Shown here: one piece after another, positions 46,639 to 53,327 of the stretch
How positions within the stretch are numbered: the first letter of the stretch is position 1
How the letters are laid out: each line of letters starts with the position of its first letter
Virus record (IMG/VR): IMGVR_UViG_3300029903_000001
DNA length: 64,000 nt
Source of the DNA: an uncultured virus (IMG/VR IMGVR_UViG_3300029903_000001)
Lineage: Duplodnaviria > Heunggongvirae > Uroviricota > Caudoviricetes
Reading direction: 5' to 3' (one strand)
Position numbers and translations under genes: made by a program
Notes under the pieces: generated by a model
The model's input: the letters and a program-made list of their open reading frames with translations, nothing else
What the model was told of the DNA's origin: nothing
Databases searched by the model: none

Positions 46639-46641
46639 TTC

Positions 46642-46673
46642 TTGACGTTTACTGAAACGTAGTACAGTTTAAT
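46642..46673 (+). promoter_or_regulatory. Promoter for the ncRNA/tRNA unit, overlapping a GTAGTACA motif
   Basis: TTGACG at 46642; GTAGTACA at 46659; AT-rich -10 region. Confidence 0.6.
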
Positions 46674-46678
46674 ACCCA

Positions 46679-46957
46679 GTCGATGCACGGAGATAAAAAC
46701 CGCAGAGAGACGCAAAAACTACAGCAGCTATAGCTCACATGGTTAGAGCATCTGATTCTGGATCAGAGGGTAGCAGGTTCAATTCCTGTTAGCAGCCCCA
46801 AAAGGCCCTTAAGATCGCAAGGTTCAACGCTCACGGATGCAAGGTTCAAATCCGGCAAGGTGGCAAAGCTGAAGTGGTAAGGATGCGACCAGAATGACCT
46901 CGGGTTAGTTTAGTGGCGATTCGAAGCGGAGCTTCCGAGGCTTCCTGTGCAGGCGAC
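46679..46957 (+). ncRNA. Candidate ~280-nt structured ncRNA with embedded tRNA
   Basis: 5' GTCGATGCACGG pairs with 3' CCTGTGCAGGCGAC; internal stems 46898-904/46934-40 and 46834-38/46850-54. Confidence 0.55.
46724..46800 (+). tRNA. Atypical tRNA, anticodon CUG (nominally Gln), His-like body, encoded CCA
   Basis: D stem GCTC/GAGC; anticodon stem TCTGA/TCAGA, loop TTCTGGA; T arm GCAGG-TTCAATT-CCTGT; A3-A70 mismatch; C73. Confidence 0.8.
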
Positions 46958-46979
46958 ATTTTAAACTCAAGGGGAAAGC

Positions 46980-47498
46980 ATGATGAAGATCATTGAGGCA
47001 ATGAAGCGGATCAAGGCGAACAAGGAGAAGATAGCTGATCTGCAGAAGCAGATCGGGCAGTTCTGCACCAACTACGATTTCGAGGCGCCGACCTACGGCA
47101 CCGAGACCCCCAACAAGATATCGGAGTGGCTGCAGGGCTGTGACGACATCTCGCGGCAGAACGCCAAGCTGCTGGTGGCGATTCAGCGCACCAACCTTGC
47201 GACGCAGGTGACGATCACGCTGGGCGACAACAACATCACCAAGCCGATCGCCGAGTGGATCTGGCGGCGCCGGGAGTACGCCGCCTTGGACTTGAAGACG
47301 TGGCAGGCGCTGACCGACCGCGGCCTGAAGGATGGCATGCACACCAATTCGCAGGGCACGCCGACCATGGTCAAGGTGGTTCGCCATTTCGACCCCGTCA
47401 AGCGGGACCGCATGGCGGCGATGTACAAGTCCGAGCCGCACGAGATCGACGCCGCTCTGGAAGTAATAAATGCGGTGACGGACCTGATCGAGGCTTGA
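46980..47498 (+). CDS. DIP1984-like helical protein
   Basis: MKIIEAMKRIK...IADLQ, AIQRTN..T and EIDAALEVINA.TDL resemble the DIP1984 family pattern (from recall, not searched). Confidence 0.6.
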   Translation: MMKIIEAMKRIKANKEKIADLQKQIGQFCTNYDFEAPTYGTETPNKISEWLQGCDDISRQNAKLLVAIQRTNLATQVTITLGDNNITKPIAEWIWRRREYAALDLKTWQALTDRGLKDGMHTNSQGTPTMVKVVRHFDPVKRDRMAAMYKSEPHEIDAALEVINAVTDLIEA

Positions 47499-47529
47499 CA
47501 ACCTTCGTTAGGTAGTACAACGTAGTACC
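47495..47529 (+). promoter_or_regulatory. Promoter with two GTAGTAC motifs
   Basis: TTGACA at 47495; GTAGTACA 11 nt later, the same spacing as at 46642. Confidence 0.6.
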
Positions 47530-47530
47530 C

Positions 47531-47636
47531 ATTCCCGGGCCTCCCGCCGGGGATACCGACACCGGGGTTCGTCACTCCCCTGGTGCAACTGGCGGGGCGG
47601 CGCTTAGACCACCGCAGCGACGCCCCGCTTCTTTTT
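47531..47636 (+). ncRNA. Candidate three-hairpin small RNA with CCUCCC loop
   Basis: Hairpins 47531-54 (loop GCCTCCCG), 47560-85 and 47592-628, then a U-tract. Confidence 0.5.
47592..47636 (+). terminator. Rho-independent terminator
   Basis: GCGGGGCG/CGCCCCGC stem followed by TTCTTTTT. Confidence 0.7.
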
Positions 47637-47649
47637 ACAGGAGACACGG

Positions 47650-47847
47650 ATGGACCACAGGGCAGCAGAGTTACGCTTACAATGTCTTAAGATGGCGCAG
47701 GACGCAGCAGTGCTGCTGCGCAATAGTCTGATGTCGTATTCCATTGTGGGTGACGCCGAGAATTATTGGAAGTTCGTTCGCGGTGAAGCCGAAGAGAAAG
47801 CGCCGCTGTCGAGTTCGAGCGCCGACGGCGACAACATTCCGTTCTGA
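47650..47847 (+). CDS. Small hypothetical protein
   Basis: AGGAG RBS; 'ELRLQCLKMA' start, 'DNIPF' end. Confidence 0.6.
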   Translation: MDHRAAELRLQCLKMAQDAAVLLRNSLMSYSIVGDAENYWKFVRGEAEEKAPLSSSSADGDNIPF

Positions 47848-48001
47848 TAGGATAACCGGATGCGCTTTGTAGCGGCAGGGCTGCTGATAGGCACGGGGCT
47901 GGGGCTGTTCGCCCTGGTGCTTCGGGTAACCGCGTCCTTCATCTGGCCGCTGCTCTGATGCCCGCCAAGCGCCAGCCCAAGCGGCGAGAGCGGATGCGGT
48001 C

Positions 48002-48093
48002 NNNNNNNNNNNNNNNNNNNNNNNNNNNNNNNNNNNNNNNNNNNNNNNNNNNNNNNNNNNNNNNNNNNNNNNNNNNNNNNNNNNNNNNNNNNN
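48002..48093. other. Assembly gap (92 N)
   Basis: Run of N. Confidence 1.
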
Positions 48094-48179
48094 NCTGCTG
48101 CTGCGGGAGATCGTCACCGGTTGGCTGGTGTTCGACGGGATGACGGCGGCGAGCAACACAATGGTGGAGGGACCGGGGG

Positions 48180-48599
48180 ATGACAAGGCATGACGCCCGA
48201 TTTTGGGTTGGCGTCGTCCTGGCGACAGTGTTTGTCTTGAGCGCTGCATGGGGGTACGCGTACCCGCGGGATCTCGGGCAGTGGGAGAATACTGACCCCG
48301 CCGTACGGCAGTGGTACCAGGCCCTGATGCAGCCGGACGTCCCGACGGCATCGTGCTGCGGCCAGGCCGACGCCTACTGGGCCGACGAGGTTCATGTCAG
48401 GGATGGCAAGACCTACGCTATTATCACCGACGACCGCCCGGATGCGCCTCTCGGGCGTCCGCACATTGCTGTCGGGACCGAGGTCGAGGTGCCTAACAAC
48501 AAGCTCAAGTGGGACCGCTCGAACCCGACCGGGCACGGGGTCGTGTTTCTGAGCGTGCACGGCTACGTGTTCTGCTACGTGCAGCCGGGGGGAGTCTGA
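48180..48599 (+). CDS. Secreted Cys-containing hypothetical protein
   Basis: Signal-like N-terminus; SCCG.AD and FCYV.P motifs; GGAGG RBS. Confidence 0.65.
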   Translation: MTRHDARFWVGVVLATVFVLSAAWGYAYPRDLGQWENTDPAVRQWYQALMQPDVPTASCCGQADAYWADEVHVRDGKTYAIITDDRPDAPLGRPHIAVGTEVEVPNNKLKWDRSNPTGHGVVFLSVHGYVFCYVQPGGV

Positions 48600-48600
48600 C

Positions 48601-49617
48601 ATGAAGATCGCGTTGTGCACGACGACCATAAGAAAACCAGAAGCGCTGAAGGTGTTGCGTCGTTTTGCCGGCAGCAGAGTGAAGTTCTTTATAGCGTTGG
48701 ATCAGAATTCGGATTTCACGGTAATCTCGACGTGGGGCGATCCTGACGATCAGTTTTGCTGGATGACGCCAGACTGGCAGAAACGGTACAAATGTTCGGA
48801 GGCACTTGGCTGGCGATGTCTCGCAAGGCGAAACACAGCTTTCCTCGCCGCCTTGGAATGGGGCGCGGACGTAATATATTCCCACGATGATGACAACCTC
48901 GTAACTGAGGGATCGTTTTTCGAGCGCATCGAGGTGAACTTCGAGCCGTTCACCGGTATCAAGGTCACCGGTACTGCCGGCTGGTTCGATCCCGGCACGC
49001 TGCTGATCCCCCCGACCCGTCACCGAGGATTTCCCCATGACAAGCCGCCGAGCAAGATCGCCTCACCTGTCGTTGGTGCTAAGGTCGGAGTCGCCGCCGG
49101 CCTCGTCATCGGAGATCCCGACTGTGACGCCACTACCCGAATTGAGAGAAGGCCCGACGTGGGCAGTACCCATGTTCTCGGTGCAACCGGAGTGGTTGTT
49201 GACCCACACACCTATACAGTTTTTAACTCCCAAAACACTGCCGTCGTCCGCGAGTTGATCCCCGCGTGGTTCATGATGCCCGGCGTCGGCCGCCACGACG
49301 ACATCTACGCGTCGCTGATAGTTCAGCGTGTGGCGCGCGAGCGGGGGTACCATGTGCATTTTGGTCCCCCGTTCACTTACCAGGAGCGCAACAAGCACAA
49401 TCTCGTCACCGACCTCCGCGCCGAGATCGACGGGATGGAGAATGTGCAGACGCTGGCCGGTGTTCTGGACGTCATAAAGCTGTCGGGCAAGTCGGTGATC
49501 GATGACACCCGTCTGATTTACGAGTCGCTGTTTTCGTGCTGCACGACGTTGGTTCCGCCGTCGTCTTGCAGGGCGGCCTTGTTGTGGCTGGATGATTGCG
49601 AGGGGCTGGGTCTATGA
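48601..49617 (+). CDS. STELLO / RGP (GT75-like) glycosyltransferase or nucleotide-sugar mutase
   Basis: TTTI, RRN, HDDDN (DxD), HRGFP, GDPDCDA, FNSQNT and RHDDI motifs. Confidence 0.7.
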   Translation: MKIALCTTTIRKPEALKVLRRFAGSRVKFFIALDQNSDFTVISTWGDPDDQFCWMTPDWQKRYKCSEALGWRCLARRNTAFLAALEWGADVIYSHDDDNLVTEGSFFERIEVNFEPFTGIKVTGTAGWFDPGTLLIPPTRHRGFPHDKPPSKIASPVVGAKVGVAAGLVIGDPDCDATTRIERRPDVGSTHVLGATGVVVDPHTYTVFNSQNTAVVRELIPAWFMMPGVGRHDDIYASLIVQRVARERGYHVHFGPPFTYQERNKHNLVTDLRAEIDGMENVQTLAGVLDVIKLSGKSVIDDTRLIYESLFSCCTTLVPPSSCRAALLWLDDCEGLGL

Positions 49618-50897
49618 GACTGGCGATCGGCTACTCCACCAAAGACCGCCCCGAGCTGACCAGCGAGACGCTGTCGCGCATCAAGCTCCCGCAGCACGGC
49701 GACCTCTACTGGTGCGACGGCAGCGTGACCGACGAGGGCCGGTCGATGCCGACCAGGTTCGGCTACGTTGCGAACCACGTCACCGGCGGCGCCGACGCTC
49801 GATACGTTGCGAACCACGTCACCGGCGGCGCCGACGCGGCCATAGCCTGGAAGCTGTCTTTCATGCTGAACCATTCACCGGCGCAGCATCCCTCGTACAG
49901 CCACATCATGCTGCTCGAAAACGATGTGCTGCTGGACGAGGACTGGTACGAGCCGACGATGAACCTGTTCAGGGAGGGGCTACGAGATGGACTGGCAGTG
50001 GGTGCTGTGTCTGCTCGATCATACGTGGACCGAGTTCTGGTGCAGCGTGACGGCTACGCTGTCATGCATAATCTGGGCGCCGGCATGGTCGTCTTCACGC
50101 GAGAAGCCGCCAGGATCGTGCTTCATACTTTCAGGACCCACTGGTGGGCCGACAACGTTCGCCTGTTCGCCCAGTTATCCGGGATCGACTTGCGCACCTA
50201 CGCCGCTTTCCGTGGAAACGAGCAGTGGGTCACCACCGACTGGGGATGGGAAGCCCAGCTCGCCCGGCATGGTCTCGCCTCTCTCGCGATGACGCCGGCC
50301 AAGTGCCAGATGATCGGGCAGAACCCGCCGCTGGAGAAGCAGGGGCTGGCGCTTACGACCGAAGCGGGGTCTCCTTCGGTGGAGTGGAACGCTGATGCCA
50401 AGGCGTTCGAATCGTACACGGACTCGCTCTCTCGTATCCGTAAAGGTGAGTGCGCCTTCGAGCTTCCCGGCCTGATCCACCGCGATGGCGCCGGCATGCT
50501 GTTCTTTCCGCATCAGGTCATGAGCTTGCCGTCAGCATGGGTGGGCGGGCTCGAACTGCAGTGGAACCAGGGGTATGGTCCGTTCGCCTACCGCGCCGGT
50601 CCGGATGGCGCCTCGCTTGTCGTCTTCATTTCGGGATCCGCCGGGTTTCAGTGCAGCGGCGGGGCTGCCGGTGCGCAGGTCACGATCGAGGACCTGCGGT
50701 CCGGGTTCAAGGCGCAGCCGGCACTGCCGCCCGGCAACGAGCCGATCTCTATCGTGGTGCCCGGCAGCGTCGTCCTGCGGACCATTCGCATGACCCTGAG
50801 CCCGGGCGCCGTGTTTTACGGGCTGGCGTGCACCGAGCCCCAGGTGCTAGACACGACGTGGAAGTTCGACTGGGATCAGTTGCCGAGGGCAGAATGA
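49614..50897 (+). CDS. GT2-like (GT-A fold) glycosyltransferase with C-terminal beta domain
   Basis: DGS, LENDVL (DxD-like), GAGMVVF motifs; 39-bp internal duplication. Confidence 0.65.
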   Translation: MRLAIGYSTKDRPELTSETLSRIKLPQHGDLYWCDGSVTDEGRSMPTRFGYVANHVTGGADARYVANHVTGGADAAIAWKLSFMLNHSPAQHPSYSHIMLLENDVLLDEDWYEPTMNLFREGLRDGLAVGAVSARSYVDRVLVQRDGYAVMHNLGAGMVVFTREAARIVLHTFRTHWWADNVRLFAQLSGIDLRTYAAFRGNEQWVTTDWGWEAQLARHGLASLAMTPAKCQMIGQNPPLEKQGLALTTEAGSPSVEWNADAKAFESYTDSLSRIRKGECAFELPGLIHRDGAGMLFFPHQVMSLPSAWVGGLELQWNQGYGPFAYRAGPDGASLVVFISGSAGFQCSGGAAGAQVTIEDLRSGFKAQPALPPGNEPISIVVPGSVVLRTIRMTLSPGAVFYGLACTEPQVLDTTWKFDWDQLPRAE

Positions 50898-50959
50898 AGA
50901 AGGTACCGACTATTTTTGAGCGTGATTGGAACGGTGACCGTAGCAGAGTGCCGAAATGA
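50894..50959 (+). pseudogene. 21-codon gene remnant MKKVPTIFERDW...
   Basis: Coupled between the GT and epimerase; resembles the start of a longer phage protein family. Confidence 0.4.
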
Positions 50960-51939
50960 AAGTTTTGATTTTAGGCGCCGCGGGGTTCCTCGGCAATCAC
51001 CTGGAGCACCGCCTGCGCGAGGAAGGAAACTTCGTCGTTAGTGTCGCCCGCTCGCATTCGAAGTACCGCAGGAGCGCAGCCCTTGAGTATAACATTTTCG
51101 ATCTTGCTAATCCTGCTGATCTGCACCACCATTTTTTCCGGCACGAGTTTGATTGCGTGTATCAGCTCGCAGGGTCGGTTGGTGGCGTTCCTTACATCAG
51201 CGATCCTGCTAATGGCGTTGATATTCTCACGAATTCACTGAAGATCAACCTGTACACGCTGGAGGTCATGCGGAAGACGAACTCGCACGCCCGCATCCTG
51301 TTCGCTTCCTCGCAGTGCGTCTATCCCGACATCGGCTTCGACCCGTTCGCCAGCGAGCGTATCGCCGCTGTACATCCGTTCAAGGAAACGGACGCCTCGT
51401 TCAACACTTTCCCGTTCGCCCAGGAGAAGCTGTTCAGCGAGCAGCTGTACCAGGCGTATCGTACTTGCGGGTTCGATGTTCGGATCGCCCGCCTTGGCAA
51501 CACTTACGGACCGTACTGCACCTGGGATGGCCCGCGCGCCAAGGCGCCGGCGGCTATTTGCCGGAAGGTGGCCCAGGCAACGGCCGGCGACGCGGTGCCG
51601 TTGATCGGTGACGGGCGAGCTATCCGGACCTACACTTATGTCGATGATGCGGTTGACGGTCTGATGCGGCTGATGCGGTCCGACTATAGCGGGCCGGTCA
51701 ATATCGCCTCGCACGAGGAGACCTCGGTGTCCGAGCTGTTCGCCGCCGTGTGCAAGGTGGCGGGCAAGGATCTGCTGTGGAAGTCGGAAGCGGGTCCGGT
51801 GGGGGTGCCGTACCGCGGCAGCGACAACGCGCTGTGCCGGAAGGTGTTGAACTGGGAGCCGCCGACGTCGCTCTGGAACGGGTTGCAGTCGACCTATCCG
51901 TGGGTGGAAGAACAGGTGTTGACAGCGCGCAAAGCCTGA
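50956..51939 (+). CDS. NAD-dependent epimerase, GDP-mannose 3,5-epimerase-like extended SDR
   Basis: GAAGFLG, SSQCVYP, NTYGP, KAPAAICRKV and RTYTYVDD motifs. Confidence 0.85.
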   Translation: MKVLILGAAGFLGNHLEHRLREEGNFVVSVARSHSKYRRSAALEYNIFDLANPADLHHHFFRHEFDCVYQLAGSVGGVPYISDPANGVDILTNSLKINLYTLEVMRKTNSHARILFASSQCVYPDIGFDPFASERIAAVHPFKETDASFNTFPFAQEKLFSEQLYQAYRTCGFDVRIARLGNTYGPYCTWDGPRAKAPAAICRKVAQATAGDAVPLIGDGRAIRTYTYVDDAVDGLMRLMRSDYSGPVNIASHEETSVSELFAAVCKVAGKDLLWKSEAGPVGVPYRGSDNALCRKVLNWEPPTSLWNGLQSTYPWVEEQVLTARKA

Positions 51940-51959
51940 TGTATTAATTTGTAGTACAA
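51919..51959 (+). promoter_or_regulatory. Sigma70 promoter followed by palindrome TTGTAGTACAA
   Basis: TTGACA-17 nt-TATTAA; palindrome at 51949-51959. Confidence 0.7.
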
Positions 51960-51970
51960 GGGAGGCTGCC

Positions 51971-52057
51971 ATGAACCTGACAGATGCGGGCTTGCTTATC
52001 TGCGTATCGCTGGGGCTGGGCATGTTGGTAGGGATGATAATTGGAGCGAAGCTATGA
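51971..52057 (+). CDS. 28-aa hydrophobic peptide
   Basis: GGAGG RBS; stop overlaps recombinase start. Confidence 0.45.
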   Translation: MNLTDAGLLICVSLGLGMLVGMIIGAKL

Positions 52058-52746
52058 TCCTGGGATATCGTCGCGCGAGTACCGCTGATCAGTGCAACGA
52101 GAATCGATCGTCGCTCGACACTCAGCAGGACATCATCGAGGGCTTCGCCCGCACCCGCGGCATCGACAAATACGGGGTGCAGATTTTCACCGATGCCGGC
52201 GTGTCCGGCGCGGTCAAGCTGGCCTTCCGCCCGGCCGGCGCCGACCTCCTTGCCGCCATGGCCCCGGGCGACACGGTGATCGCGTCCAAGCTTGACCGCA
52301 TGTTTCGCTCGGCCGGCGACGCCATCGCCATGTTCGAGGTGTTCAAGGAGAAGGGCGTCCACCTCGTGCTGTTCGACATCAGCCACGAGCCGGTGTCGTC
52401 CGGCGTCGGCAAGCTGATCATGACGATCCTGGCGGCGGTAGCCGACATGGAACGAATCAGGATCAAGGAACGAACGGCCGAGGGACGGAAGGCGAAGAAG
52501 GCCAAGGGTGGGCCGGTCGGTACGGTTCCGTTCGGTTACCGGAAGGTGGGCGTCGGGCACGAATCGGTGCTCGAGATCGACCAGCGGGAGATGGAGGCAG
52601 CGCGGCTGATGCGCGACTTGTATCAGGGCGGTGCCAAGATCGCTGATATCTCGTCGTCCTTGGCGGTTAACGGGTACCTGTCTCGTGCCGGCAAGCCCTA
52701 CGATCGCCGGTCGGTCCGCAACGTGGTGACGGAGGCGAGGCAGTGA
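52054..52746 (+). CDS. Serine recombinase (resolvase/invertase family)
   Basis: GYRRAST (catalytic Ser), DAGVSG, RP, KLDRMFRS, ERT and PFGY motifs. Confidence 0.9.
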   Translation: MILGYRRASTADQCNENRSSLDTQQDIIEGFARTRGIDKYGVQIFTDAGVSGAVKLAFRPAGADLLAAMAPGDTVIASKLDRMFRSAGDAIAMFEVFKEKGVHLVLFDISHEPVSSGVGKLIMTILAAVADMERIRIKERTAEGRKAKKAKGGPVGTVPFGYRKVGVGHESVLEIDQREMEAARLMRDLYQGGAKIADISSSLAVNGYLSRAGKPYDRRSVRNVVTEARQ

Positions 52747-52928
52747 AATCGAAGAAGGAAATGACGGACGCCGAGCTGATCGAATCCATCAAGAGTGACG
52801 TGCGGTTTGTTGGAGGCTTGTGGCATTCTGATCCCAATAATCCGCCTAGTCGATCGCGGCTGGAAGAAATCGACGACGAACTCGTGAGTATTATAGTTGC
52901 TCGTGAGCGTTACCGTTCTGGAGTTTGA
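52743..52928 (+). CDS. Small hypothetical protein
   Basis: Translationally coupled ORF. Confidence 0.4.
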   Translation: MKSKKEMTDAELIESIKSDVRFVGGLWHSDPNNPPSRSRLEEIDDELVSIIVARERYRSGV

Positions 52929-53146
52929 TTGTGACTAAAACTGAGTTCGAATCAAAGTGCAAGGACATGTGCCCGCACTGCGCCGCCGGCGAGCCCGCGC
53001 GCTTGCGCATCGACACCAACGAGTGGGTTCACGACTGGTCGTTCGGCGTCGTCGACAAGAAGCTTGGACGGGCGGCCGGCATGGGTCACGGGATGTGCGG
53101 CGCGCACGCGTTGCGGCTGAAGGAAAAGGATTTGGTGGATGAGTGA
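52925..53146 (+). CDS. Small Cys/His-rich hypothetical protein
   Basis: CPHC motif; GGAG RBS. Confidence 0.5.
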   Translation: MIVTKTEFESKCKDMCPHCAAGEPARLRIDTNEWVHDWSFGVVDKKLGRAAGMGHGMCGAHALRLKEKDLVDE

Positions 53147-53327
53147 CCGTGCGAGCGCGGCGGCTGGCCCGTATATTGTTTGGGTTGATAACGGGGCCTA
53201 CGAAGGATGGAGCCCGACTAGCTTTGTCTCTTTGAAAGAAGCGGTCTTGTTTAACGAGACCTATGGTAGCCCGTTCGTTATAACGAAGGTTGTTGACGTG
53301 GAAGTATCGGAAAAATCAGATGGGTGA
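53139..53327 (+). CDS. Small hypothetical protein
   Basis: Translationally coupled ORF. Confidence 0.4.
   Translation: MSDRASAAAGPYIVWVDNGAYEGWSPTSFVSLKEAVLFNETYGSPFVITKVVDVEVSEKSDG

Noticed and set aside
46724..46800. Suppressor tRNA or alternative genetic code
   Set aside because: Anticodon is CUG, not CUA, and core genes read intact in the standard code
47505..47590. Second tRNA (GTACAACGTAGTAC D-arm-like, GGTTCG)
   Set aside because: No valid acceptor stem or T-loop geometry; better explained as promoter motif plus sRNA hairpins
47958..48183. Gene spanning the N gap
   Set aside because: Frame and content cannot be determined across 92 N
52054..52746. IS607-type insertion sequence
   Set aside because: No N-terminal HTH before the catalytic domain and no adjacent tnpB
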